From: Octopus sinensis
Lineage: Eukaryota
Assembly: GCF_006345805.1 (NCBI RefSeq)
Contig: NC_043001.1
Span: 38,750,001-38,814,000 of the forward strand
DNA length: 64,000 bases
Direction: 5' to 3'
This document shows, piece after piece, positions 11,930 through 24,789 of the stretch (its first letter is position 1; the number at the start of each line of letters is the position of its first letter). The position numbers and the translations under genes are program-made. The notes under the pieces are model-generated. The model had not been told where the DNA came from, did not search any database, and worked only from the letters and a program-made list of their open reading frames with translations.

Positions 11930-14470
11930 CACACCGTCTGGCACTGTTTCTACAGCTGGATGCTCTTCCTTATGATAACAACACTGAGAGTGAAGTGGGT
12001 GCTTTTTATGTGCCACCGGCACAGGGGCCAGAGGAGCTGGCATCGACCACGATCGGATGATGCTTTTTACATGCCACCAGTACAGAAGCCAGTCAAAGCG
12101 GCACTGGCATTGGCTACGTTCGGATGGTGCTTTTTACATGCTACCGGCACGGGGTTCACAACTACAATTTCCATTTGATTTGATTTTGATATTGCTGTTG
12201 ATGTTGATGTACTTGACTCAATAGGTCTCCTCAAGCATGGCATGTCTCCCTATGATCCAAGGTACTTTTGAGTGGGCTGGTTATGTGACACTACTGTAGG
12301 TTACAGCCGTGGACTCATTTTATTTGCCAGGTCTTCTCTGTCACAGCATACCTCCAGAGGTCTCAGTCTTTTGTCATTGATCTGTGAGGCCCAATGTTCA
12401 AACCTCATGCTTCATCACCTCATCCCATGTTTTCCTGGGTCTCCCTCTACCCCAAATTCCTTCCACTGTTTGGGAGTGGCACTTCTTCACACAGCTCTCC
12501 ATATCCATCTGTAGTACATGACCATACCAATGCAAATGTCTCTCTCGTATGCCACATCCAATGCTTCTTATGTCTAACATATCTCTCAGAGAGCTTACAC
12601 ACTGGCATTACACATCCAGTGGATCATGGTAGCTTCATTTCTTTCAAGCCTACACATATCTTCAGCAGCCATGGCCCATGTTTCACTGCCGTGAAGCATA
12701 GCAGCTTGCACACATGCATCATAAAATCTACATTTCACTCTGAGTGAGAGGCCCTTTATCCCCAGTAGGGGTAGAAGCTTTCTGAACTTTGCCCAGGCTA
12801 TTCTTATTCTAGTGATAACACTCTCTGAGCATTCACTCCCCACTACAGACTTGGTCACCTAGGTAGTGGAAGCTATCAACTACTTCTAGATTCTTCCCCC
12901 CGGCATGTGATGGAATCTGCTTTCTGAGCATCTGTGGTGTTGATTGCCCCTGTCCATCTGCTGCATGTGAAAGCTATCTTCTTGGTTAATCTCCCTTTCA
13001 TGTTGCTGCACCGCATATGTGTCCATAGCTTAAACTGGGTACATCTTATGGGGTTTCTACCTAGACCTTTTCTATAGATCGAACAGGGCCACCTACCTGA
13101 AGGGGTGTGTGATGTGTTTGTTTTCCTTACTTACTAGAACTTTGGTCTTTGCAATGTTGACTCTAAGGCCCTTTGATTCTAAACCTTGCTTCCACGAAGT
13201 TTCTTCTCTAATTCTGGTAGTGATTCTGCTATGAGGGCCAGGTCATCAGCATAGAGGAGTTCTCAGGGGCAACCTGTCTTGGATTCCTCTGTTATTGCCT
13301 GGAGGATGAGGATGAATAAGAGGGAGCTGAGGGCTGATTCTTGGTGAGCCCCCACTTCTAAACAGAATTCTTCACTATACTCATTTCCAATCGTAACCCT
13401 ACTAATGGCATCTTTGTATAGGGCCTGCACATCCCTTAATAACCATTTGTCAATCCCCAGTTTCCACACTGCCCACCATATAAGGGATTGGGGGACCCTG
13501 TCAAAGGCTTTCTGCAAGTTCACAAAAGCCAAATATATCTTGGCTAGGTACTTCTCCTGCAGTTGCTGTACCAGGAATATTGCATCAGTGGTGCATCTAC
13601 CTGGCACAAAACCAAATTGCATCTCATTTAAGCAGACTCTCTCTCTTTAATTAGTTAGGCTATGACCCTTTCCATGACCTTCATCACCTGATCCAGCAGA
13701 TTGATAGCCCTGTAGTTATTTCTATCTAAAGCATCACCTTTACCTTTGTAGCAATTGACTATGGTGCTGCTGTGCCAGTCATTGGGTATAACTCCATCAT
13801 GAACCACCTGGTTTACAATACAGGTGACTAGGCCATAGCCCATACCACCAGATGTTTTAAGCATCTCATTCCTGTGGATTAGCTTCATTCCATAATTCCT
13901 TTATCTACCAGGGTGCTGTGTATTTAGATAGCTGGTCCTTCTGTTGGATCAATATTTGGCAGGCTCTCTTCCTCCCATTCATTCTCCACATTCAGCAGTC
14001 TTTCATAATGGCTCCTCCAAGCCTCATGTTTTCTGAATCATTAAAAGCAAGTGCACCATCATCCATGCAGACACATTTCTCTCTTGTGACATCACAATTT
14101 TCTCTTACACTGTCTTGCAATCCGACATACTTCAGTTCTTTGGTCCTCACATCGCTGGACATTCGCAAACTTCTTTTCTGCTTCTCCCTTGGCTATGTAT
14201 ACCTGTCTCCCAGCTTCCCTTTTGGCTATCTGGTACAGTTTTCTGCTACTCCCACCCTTCCAGGAATTCCAGGCTTGTTTCTTTGCTCTAATGGCTTTGT
14301 CTACCGTATTATTCCACCACCACAAAACTCTAGGTCTGGAAGGGACTTTGCACCATCCACAAACTTGGTCTGTGGCACTCAGTAAGCTGTCCCATAAGAA
14401 TTTCCAGCTACCATCTATGTCTGAGGACTATAGTTCCTCCTCCCTCTCATCAAATTTCTTGATGAGGATG
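11930..14470 (-). mobile_element. Degenerate RTE LINE (linker, RT, 3'UTR)
   Basis: ORFs 13263-13622 (MQFGFVPGRCTTDAIF...LQKAFDRVP), 13655-13888 (NCYKGKGDALDRNNYRAINLL), 12595-12858, 12398-12580 (RLHWYGHV...GRGRPRKTW). Confidence 0.95.
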
Positions 14471-14559
14471 TCCCTAGATGAGATATATATATATATATTT
14501 ATATGTAAGTATTATATATCATCATTATCAACATTCAACATCCATCTCCCATGTGTCTG

Positions 14560-15250
14560 ATGGTTTGGGCAGTTGTGCATACAATAACTATGGCAGCATC
14601 TGGTAATACAGGTCTCCTTCAAATCCAGGTATCCACTGCCTGCCACTGTCTCTCACTCAGTTGCAGAGATTGGATTGGAAGCACACAGAGCAGCAGAAGA
14701 AAAAGTGAGAAAGAAGAAGATGAACCAGAAAAGAAATTCACAGTGAAGTGTTTAATGATTCCTTTTCGCAATTGAATAAAACTCTTACCAGTTTCAAAGC
14801 AATGGATCCTAATGTCAACCGCTTTGCAAAGGTTGAATGTATCATTCAAGATACTGTGTATTGTTATCATAAGATATATGACAGGAAAAAAAAAAAAAAA
14901 CTATTCCAACAAAGCTCACCATGTTCCTCAAAAACCCTCTGTCTCAACCCAAGAACATGACTGTGAAGATTAAAATTGTATTTTCAATTGCACTTTTTTC
15001 ACAGGAACAATTTTTTTTATTGTATGTATGTGAAATTTCATTTGTTTTAATTTTTACATTAATTTTACATTGTATTTTTGTTTACAGTGCAATAAGGTAC
15101 TTAAGTATTTTTTACATTATATATAATAATTATAGATTAAATTTTTGTCTTTTATATTTTTGTAATGAAAATAGTGCTGAAAAATATAAATTCAACATAC
15201 AACCTGCCAGTCAGAATGGGACTCATTCGTAAGTCGAGAAGAAAGTGTAT
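14560..15250 (+). mobile_element. Tigger/pogo-like DNA transposon 3' relic
   Basis: EPEKKFTVKCL / FSQLNKTLTSFKAMDPNVNRFAKVECIIQDTVYCYHKIYDRKKK resembles the Tigger transposase C-terminus; ends in a TTCGTAAGTCGAG...TGTA TIR-like motif. Confidence 0.7.
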
Positions 15251-15399
15251 ATGCATGTGTGAGTCTGTGTGTATATATAAATATGAGTGTTATTTATCTA
15301 TACATGTAGTAGTATCAAGGAAATAAAACAAGTTGAAAATACAGTGAGTGGCCATAAGAGATGTATTTAATCAGAATCTAAACAGTACCTACTAGTTAC

Positions 15400-16115
15400 C
15401 TTATGCCAACCAACACATATCAAACCACATATACCATTTAACCTTGCTAGAACTTCACTCTCTTGTTTCCAATCTTGAAGTACAGTATAAAAAGCTCCAA
15501 CAATTAAAACAGGCAGTACTTGAAAGACAATACCTGTCTAAGATAACAGGGAATTGAATAGAACATGCCAAAGCAATAGACATTGAAGATACACCCAAAA
15601 CTCTACCTTTTATAACAATCATTACAACACAGACCACAAGAAACACTAAGACATTTAACATTAAAAAGGCAAAAAACTATATACCAGTTCAGAACTACTT
15701 CCTATAAACTGTTGAAAAGTGTGGTTCTAAATTCATAACGTGTACTAAACTTATTGAAGATACATAACATAAATTAAAATCAGCATATCTTTTTATTGTG
15801 AAAACAACTTCACTTGCTCATCAAATAATTTAACATATATCATCATATGTAATATATGCAGTGAAGATTACATTGGAAAAACCAAACTGACTTTGAAAAT
15901 GAGATTAATGATACACTAAGATTAATAATACAAATTTGAGATCCCAGGACTAGATACATATCAAACAGTGAACAGTTGGACCTATATGCAACAATGAAAT
16001 CCCATAAATTCCTATTCTTTCCAGTTTATCACTGTGCAGGTAATACCACAGAACAAACACAAATAACTAAAGAAAATTCTTTTATTTAAAAATTCAAACC
16101 ATGGTTGAGTAGGCT
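15400..16115 (+). mobile_element. Penelope-like GIY-YIG relic
   Basis: Frameshifted reading IICNICSEDYIGKTKLTLKMRL..H...RDPRTRYISNSEQLD...FFPVYH...KENSFI.KFKPWL at ~15835-16110. Confidence 0.75.
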
Positions 16116-18735
16116 ACAAAAACATCAAAAATATACAATTTGCCACTCACTATGAATGCTTTTCATTTTTATATGAAGATCCCTGCTGATGGAAGTGAAT
16201 ATGGTCTTGTTTCTGTTAAGGACATTGCTGATGTAGGGACCACTTAGTATTCAAGTCAACATTACAAAGTCATCAATAAATGCTGATATCAAAGTTACAC
16301 AGCCTATCCACTTCAACTTCCAATGAGTTTATCGTATTTACCTTTTTTGTAGTTCTCTATCACCATTCAAATATTTTTCTTAAACATTACTGCATTTAAA
16401 ATAAACTTCACCTCCTTATAAACTTCTGCCTCTCTTTTTAGGCAAGTTAGGCTACTGTCTTATTATAAGAATTGTCCACATTTTCAAGATCATACAAAGA
16501 ACAAATGAGACACTAATACTTCCCCTTAGATAATTAAGATAATAACTACTCATACAGCTACTAGACACAATCCCAAGGCTAAAACAGCCCAAAATTCAGG
16601 CGTAACTTTTATTAAGCATAGCTATTGTTCTGATTGTCACATGACATATCTACTGCATTTAACCTTTGAAGTGGCCTTTACATATGGTCATCACATGACA
16701 TTAATGCATAAATGTAGCAGAGAATTTACCACAGAAATCCCTTACCTCACTATGTGACCATTCTCAACCAATCAATCTGTACATTAACTGTTAGTGATCT
16801 GAGTCTCACTCTCTCTATAAAAACACATTTTAGAACAACAGCTAGAGGCAATACAGTAGCTGAAACAGCTCTATGTTCCTCAAATCTTATAATTTTGAAA
16901 ATCATACAAATGTGGAAACAGTCAAGTGCATTAATATTAATATATCTTCCTATACACTCTCAATGCATTTTTAACATTTTAAAAATTTCCTTTATATAAC
17001 TACTACTACTTATATGGATTAATAACTATTTTTTCTATACATATTCCCCACACAAGGAATGAAAATGTCATCAAAAACCAACCGAAACAAAAATAGACGG
17101 AGCAAAGATATTCTTAAATAACTGCAAAAGATATCTTCTAAACTTTCAATCCTGACCAAAAATATTGATCAGTTTCAGAACTGTACCAAAGGAAACTGGG
17201 CAATAGGAGTGAACACCCAACAAGTGTAATATGTAGTACCTCTGAGTTGTAATGTATTAGCAGTATGGGTAGGGATTCCTTTCTTCAACTTGTATATAGA
17301 TAATAACGGATGCTGAACAGTCTGTAATTAAAAACTTCTACTGCGTAAGAATCTATGAAATTTTTTATAACAAAAATAATTACTAAATTGCTAGAGCCTC
17401 TTTCTCAATTTGGCGGAAATTTTTTTCTGCTGGTATCAGACAAAGTGAGGCATGAACCACAGTCTTCATGTTACTATATATTTATGTAACATTACTGTTC
17501 TGATACTATACTCAGAGGCATTTGAAGCTACAACTATCACTGATACAGGATCAAAATGTACTAACAACAAATCAGATGGTAATATTTTCTTCATTTTGTT
17601 GAATGCCTTCTGACAGTTTTCAGACCAATTCCACTTTTACATCTTTTTTTAGTAGATTATTTAGTGGAGTCTTACCTTATATATCTTTGGTATATCACTT
17701 TGATGATAGTTTTCAAGTTCAAAAAAAGGTTTTAAGTAGATAAAGTTGTCAAAGAGGGCATATTTTTAATTGCATCTGCCTTTGATGGATCTGGTTGATG
17801 ACCATCTTTATCAGTAATTTGCCCTAAACATTTGATTTTTGGTAAGAATTCTCACTTGTCCTCACTCAAAGTGAAGCTGTAATCCCTTATTTTTTCCAAC
17901 ACATACTTTACGTGCTCTACATACAGGTCCCAAGGTTCACTTTTAATTACTATATTGTCCAGGCAGGCCATCACAAAGTTGCACTCTGCAAGCATCGTAT
18001 CCATCTCTAGTTGGAATATAGTTGGAGCAACTTTTATGTCAGAAGGAAGTCCATTAAATTGATATAATCCCTTATGAGTGTTTATTGTTAATACTTTTGA
18101 ACACTCCTAATCCACTTGTATCTGTAGGTATGCTTTGAAAAAACTTTCCCTCCATTTGACTTAGTGAAAATTCTTTCTGGACCTGGTAACAATTAATTAT
18201 GAGTGATCAAACACTTGTTTAACCCTGTTGAAAAATCAATGCATACCTGGATTTTGTTTTCTTTTCTTTGACGTAAACTGTTGGCATAATCAATTTTCCC
18301 AATAACCTCAAGCTTTTCAAGTCCATTCAATTCCCCATCAACTTATTTCAATGCTGTGAAAGGTACAGTTTGTTTTGGTTTAAATACCGGAATAATGTCT
18401 TCTTTTACTTGAAACTTCACCTTTCTTTTGGTGTGAAGACCTAATTCATCAGGAAAAACTTCAGTAAAAATCATTTAAAATTTTTATTTTAATTCCTCTG
18501 ACACCTGATTTGTACTGGTGGAAATACCATTCACATTTTTACAGGAAAAATATATGGAAAGGTCCCATAAGTTAAATAATTCCATTCAGTCTGTTCCAAA
18601 AGGTTTTTCCATGAAATGTAAAATCACTTATCATTTCACCCTTGAAATGTAATTTTTTTTCCTGAAACACCACATGCAATTTTTGAAGTTTCTTTCAATT
18701 TAGGTTTCGCAATTTTCTTCCTGTATCTGTGTTAA

Positions 18736-21700
18736 CTCTTTAGTGTTCAGATTAATCTGTCAAATGTAATGCTTATTTGTTCACGTTATTTTGAATTATT
18801 CAGGTTCAAGAGGGCTGTCCACAATAATTGCTTGTAACTTTGTTATTTTTTATATACAGATTTGAAATTTTGTCAGTGGGTGCTTATATACCAAAAGGTT
18901 ATAGTTATGTAATTTTAGCTGATCTTGTTGATTAACTTTGACTTTTATGTGCAAGTAAATTTAATTAACAGCAATAACATTATGGATAAACACTAAAACT
19001 GAAATTCTTAATGCATCTTACCTATATGATTTGTTGCTAAAATTATCCCGGATCTCAACCATTAACAATTTTGTCACTTTTCAAGAACAAGCACATTAAT
19101 TTGAATTACAGTAATAATTAGCATAAGATTTTATTCTTTCCCTGTATTTCATTCAAATATTCTTATCGAAAATCATCATCATCATCATTTCACATCCGCT
19201 TTCCATGCAAACATGGGTTGGACGATTTGCCTGAGGTCTGGCAAACCAGATGGCTGCACCAGACTCCAGTCTGATCTGGCAGAGTTTCTACAGCTGGATG
19301 CCCTTCCTAACACCAACTACTCCAAGAATGTAGTGGGTGCTTTTACATGCCACTGGCACAGGGGCCAGACAGGTAGTACTGGCAACGGCCATGCTCAAAT
19401 GGCGCTTTTTATGTGCCACCTGCACAGGAGCCAGTCCAGCAGCACTGGCAACGACCTCGCTCGAATGTTTTTTCATATGCCACCAGCACAAGTGCTAGTA
19501 AGGCAATGCAGGTAACAATCACGATCAAATGGTGTTTTTAACGTGCCATCGGCTCGGAGGCCAGATTGTTGCTCTGGCAACGCTCTCACTTGTACGGTAC
19601 TCTTAGTGACCCACTTGCACAGATGCCAGTCATCGAGTTTGATTTCGATTTCGACTTCACTTGCCTCAACAAGTCTTTGCAAGCAGAGTTTAGTGTCCAA
19701 TGAAGGAAAGGCATGCATAAGTGGACTGGTTACACCCCTGGCATAGGCCAGGGGTGTAACTTGCGCTTGCTGAGTCTTCGCAAGCGCAGCATATTTCCAG
19801 AGGTCCCGGTCACTAGTCATTGCCTCAGTGAGGCCCAGTGTTTGAAGGTCATGCTTCACCACCTCATCCCAGGTCTTCCTGGGTCTAACTCTTCCACAGG
19901 TTCCCTCAACTGCTAGGGTGTGGCACTTTTTCACACAACTATCCAGATCCATTCTCGCCACATGACCATACCAGCGCAGTCGTCTCTCTTGCACACCACA
20001 TCTGATGCTTCTTAGGTCCAAGGCACTAACACTCTGACGAGTATGCACACTGACATTACACATCCATCGGAGGATGCTGGCTTCATTCCTTGTGAGATTA
20101 CACATGTCCACAGCAGTCACAGCCCATGTTTTACTGCCATGTAGCTGTTCGTACACATGCGTCGTACAATCTACATTTTATTCTGTGCGAGAGGCCCTTT
20201 GTCACCAGGCTATTCTTATTCTAGCAGCTACACTTTCAGTGCACCCTTCCCTGTTACTGACTAGGTCACCTAGGTAATGGAAGCTATCAACTACTAGTTT
20301 TTCTCCCTGGAATGTGGTGGAAGTTGTTCTTTACACATTTTCAGTTTTATTTATTGCTCCCGAGCATCTGCCACATACAAAAACTATCCTCCCAGTTATC
20401 CTTCCTTTGATATTGCTGCACCTCTTATGTGTCCATAGCTTACACTGGGTACATCCTATAGAGTTTCTACCTACGCCTTCTCTACAGATGAAGCAGAGCC
20501 ATCTACCTGAAGGGATTTGTGGTTTGCCTGCCTTCCTATTTATGAGGACTTTGGTTTTAGCTAGGTTGACTCTAAGGCCCTTCGATTCAAATCCTTCTTT
20601 CCATACTTGAAACTTCTCCTCTAGTTCTGATAGTGACTCAGCAATTAGAGCAAGGCCATCAGCATAGAGGAGCTCCCAGGGGCATGCTGTCTTGAATTCC
20701 TCTGTTATTGCCTGGAGGACTATGATAAATAGGAGGGGGCTGAGGACTGAACCTTGGTTGACCCCTACCTCTACCCTGAATTCTTCACTGTACTCGTTGC
20801 CAACCCTCACCTTACTGACAGCGTCCCTGTACATGGCTTGCACGACTCACACTAACCATTCATCTATCCCTAGTTTCCACACTGACCACCAGATAAGGGA
20901 TCGGGGGACCCTGTCAAAGGCTTTCTCCATGTCAACGAAAGCCATGTACAGGGGCTTATCTTTGGCTAGGTATTTCTCCTGCAGCTGTCTTACCAGAAAT
21001 ATAGCGTCAGTGGTGCTTTTCCCTGGCAAGAAACCAAACTGCATCTCATCTAGTACAAAACTCTTTTACTAGTCAATATACCATTGGCTATGTACTCTCA
21101 TACAATTTAATGAATACATTTACATAACAGAATGTATCTAATAAAGAAAGCTCATTAACAGGTGAGGCAAAGGTGAATATAGGTGTGTAACATAAATATG
21201 TATGAAAATAAATATGTATTTTGCACTTTCATATATTATTTCTAATAAAATGAAAAGGATACATGATAGTATTACTATCAAACAACAAAATATAGTAATG
21301 CCATGTTTCTATCGTGAAACTGTCCAAAGCACTCTTTACACAAGAGCACTTTGCAAAACAAACACATACATGAGGTCTCAAAGTGATATCCTTTCGGAGT
21401 TTTACTTATTTGCAGTGAACACAATCTGCAAACTTTTTCCCTACCATTCATTTTCTCCACTTTATGGAAGTCAATATTTTCTCTCAGTTAATTTTGTTTT
21501 TCTCCCAGTTCTGTGCTTTCTGGAAGAAAAGCCCTCCCATAACTGAGATGCAATGTCAACCCAAAATTTCAAATGGTTGTAGTCCTTTGGTGGTGAAGGT
21601 ACCTTGTGGCTTTTTACATAATATATGAATTAACTATAGTTAGACATAATGCTGGAGATATATGGGTCACCATACCTTATATCAGGATTCCAGTAGTTCC

Positions 21701-22388
21701 TCAGCTGAGTAAGCTGCTTGATACCAAACATAATGTTTATAGTAAAAAAAGCTCGCATTTCCACAGTATCAGTTGGCTGTCATAATGGATCGGGTCTTCC
21801 ACGAAAATAAATTATGCTTTGAACATTTGTTTCCTCCGCGACAGTTTCAAAAAAATTTTTCAGTAAAAATAAAAATTAATAGATAGTCCAGTCATTGAGC
21901 ATTGGGAGGTAGACTGTATTATGGACTAGTCTTTTCTGTGAAATCAGAAATTGTGGTTGATGTAGTAATCTTCAACCAGGTTGCCATAATGTTTTCAATA
22001 TCATTTATATCACTTTCATTATCAAAATTTTCCTCATCTGACGAAGATTCATAAATGTGAATATGATTTGTCTTCAGACAAATTATTGCAGTTTTCATTT
22101 ATGTTTTGTACATCATCAAGAGTAAAATCTTTGAAGTTGGATTCGCTACTTGCTGATACCATATCATTAAAAACCAAGAAGTCTCAAAAATTTCACCATA
22201 TTTTTACTTGAATAAAGGTGGGAAAGGCTTTATCTCGCATTATCTGAAAGCTATGAGAATTCAATAATATGATTTGTTTATCTTTTTAGTGATTTTGTAG
22301 AGAAATCAGATATGGCAGATTTGACTGGTTCAAACAAATAAAGAGGAATAATTTTCAGCCAGTTATGGCCAGTTTAAACACTAAAGGC
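18736..22388 (-). mobile_element. piggyBac element (internally deleted transposase) with TTAA TSD
   Basis: TTAA|CTCTTTAGTGTTCAG ... TAAACACTAAAGGC|TTAA; minus-strand relic: acidic N-terminus (ESSSDEENFDNESD), INIMFGIKQLTQLRNYWNPDIRYGDPYISSIMS, and Cys-rich C-terminal domain (ORF 21278-21460: CRLC...ETSCMCLFCKVLLCKECFGQFH). Confidence 0.9.
19172..21052 (-). mobile_element. 5'-truncated RTE LINE nested in the piggyBac
   Basis: ORFs 20847-21044, 20331-20843 (QGSVLSPLLF...LLYADG), 19473-20156 (RLRWYGHV...RPRKTW); (CAT)n tail at 19172. Confidence 0.95.
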
Positions 22389-23980
22389 TTAATTATTGTG
22401 ATATCACTGCCTGTATCCAATTGTAACATGATATTCACTTTATTCATTTTTATAAACTCGAATTTTCTTTTCTGAGCCTTGCTTAGGATTTCTGTTGACA
22501 ATACCTTCTTGCCAGAATTTCTTTCATTCAACCTTTATACATTTTCGTTTCCTTTTACAATGTGAGCTTTTGTGACCTATTTTTCCACACTCAAAGCATT
22601 TTAGATTTAAAAAGGGCAGTTACATTTGAAATGTAAACCTCCGTTCCTATAGCATGGATTGGGTCTTGACATTTGTTTCTTTTTTCTATTCATTCAGGTC
22701 AACATGAATGAATATGAGAGCAATCTTTTCCTTCAATTTTATCTGCGTCATCTCTTAAATTTATAATCCTCTGGCATTCTTCTGCTACAGTCTACAGAGT
22801 TAATTTTTGGTCTTGTTCTAATTCTGTTAATATTCAGAAATGTATATCTGCATCTTTGCTTGATCAAAAATTAGACATTTGAACATGTCAAGGGTTAATT
22901 CATTTAATTTGAATTTTTCATAATCTCTTAACAACCCTGGTATAGGTGACGAAATCTTCATCATCTTCTTTAACCAAATTTAAATACTACCAATGAGTAC
23001 TGAATAGGAAACTTCTTTCACTGAAATCTTTCAATAAAAAATTATTTCATCACAACAAATCTCACCTGGTTTCTTCAGCAGAATATAGTTATATATTTTT
23101 CGTGTTCAGCAGGGGATAACTTTCTTAAAAGTAGTAGTACTTTTTTCTCATCCATCCAATTTTTACATTCTTCTTTGAACATTTCTTCATATCTTTGAGA
23201 ATATACAAAGAAGGTGATCCAGTCTTCTAGATTATAACTGAATTCTCCAATTGAGTTTGCTATGCTCTCTGGCGAGTATGAACCTTAAGTATTTTTAAAC
23301 TTCTTTAATTTTAATCCAAGCAACTGTTGGCTTTGCTGTTGTAGTTGCTGTTGTTGTTACTGTCGTAGTTGTTGTTGATGCTGATTTTGCATGGAGGCCA
23401 ATAAGTCCTCCATGTTAAACAATTTTTTGTTTTGCACCAAAAATTTTTAATGTTCAATGCAAGCTTCGAATATCTCATCACCATTTTTATAGCCTACTGC
23501 ATTGGATATATTTTCTGATTTGGGCGTAAAGTAAGGTCTTCGTATGATGTAGTACTACTGCTGCTAGATGAGGCTAAACACTTTCTATCAACTGCTTGAG
23601 TCAACTCGACAGTTCTTTATTTTATAGAAAAGTATCAGTCCATGTTTAATCATGAGGAAGTGGTCGGAATCCTTCCACAACATTATACATCTTACTCTAG
23701 AAACCAGAACTCAATGAAGTAGATGCTTTAGTAAATTTAGGCAAATTACAGAAATGACCACAAATATTTTAGGATTACTAGTTCATAATTGCTCAGAGAT
23801 ATGATATTACAACAACAAAAAAGTAAATCAATAAAAAAAAATCTTTTCAAAACTGTTGAAGTTGTGTAATCTTTTCATTGTTGTGGTAAATATAAATCTA
23901 GAAATGAAGAAATATTTCACAAAAATATTTTGAACAAATCTATACTTTGTGCTTTATAGAGATAAAGAAGAAAAACTTAC

Positions 23981-24301
23981 ATTTTATATGCAAATCGAGT
24001 TCCTTTGAATGGTTAACAAATTCACTTTTACCCGGAAAATATGCAACACACTGTAATTCCTTAAAATTCTTATTAAGGGTTAATGTCAGTTCTGATGATA
24101 AAGTGCTCAGCTTTCCTGATTTGCTTGACTTGTTTGAAATATACTTTGTGGCATTTTTTTGTGTTCCATCATTCTTAGTAATCAACCAATAGACTGAATA
24201 TTCAGGTTTGGTGTCTTTAATAAGGCATTCATAACTTTTGTTCTGATTTTCCACAGGAACTGTGTTAGAAATATTCTTGATTGTGACTGATTTTGGTAAA
24301 A
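23981..24301 (-). CDS. Internal exon encoding an immunoglobulin-like (C2/C2-set_2-type) domain of a cell-surface or secreted protein
   Basis: Acceptor TTTTTGTCACTTTTCCTATTTCAG|, donor |GTAAGT; 321 nt, phase 1-1, open: LPKSVTIKNISNTVPVENQNKSYECLIKDTKPEYSVYWLITK...STLSSELTLTLNKNFKELQCVAYFPGKSEFVNHSKELDLHIK, with C...W...L.C Ig spacing. Confidence 0.9.
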
Positions 24302-24789
24302 CTGAAATAGGAAAAGTGACAAAAATTATATTGAGAAATGAATGGAATGTGTGTGTGTATGTTTTTTTTGAAAATATATATATATATGTATATTTATTTC
24401 TGCTGGATAAGGGAACTGTAATAATAGTAATCTCATGAATATTGTTTATATATTTTTAGTTAGATGAAAAATAAAACAGGCTATTGTATGTTTATGAGTT
24501 CTGCCAAATGCAAGCTTTCTCTTCAGGTACATGATGTTGCTGTCCCCCATTCCAGGGTTCACAGGCCCACACCTTCCACACCCTCAGAGTTGGGATACTT
24601 AATATTTTTGTTAATATCAATAATCAGGTGTTGCACAATACTCACTGTTTGATCTAACTTAGCAAACCATCATATATATGGACCAACTGGAATACACTCT
24701 TATGCTTTTTTTTCTTCGGATATGCAGATGACATTTTCAAGCTCAACTCTTTTCATGGTGAGACTGACAGAGTAATCTTGCCTAACAAA

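Larger units (their letters stand above)
17220..23640 (-). mobile_element. Decayed Ty3/Gypsy (K02A2.6-like) retrotransposon, split by a piggyBac insertion
   Basis: Q-rich gag start at ~23400; protease LQLDTGSDITII|NTDT rejoins in frame across the TTAA at 22389-22392 / 18732-18735; RT ACLDNIV at ~17960; RNase H IVVASNASEYSIRTVML at ~17500-17545; integrase and LTRs not found. Confidence 0.85.

Noticed and set aside
16505-16620. Hydrophobic minus-strand stretch (FWAVLALGLCLVAV*VVIILII*) as the missing transmembrane exon
   Set aside because: In-frame stops and no usable splice acceptor.
23870-23899. Strong minus acceptor about 80 nt after the Ig exon
   Set aside because: The required phase-1 reading stops after 7 codons (YLYLPQQ*). 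It cannot be excluded as a short secreted-isoform end, but there is no support.
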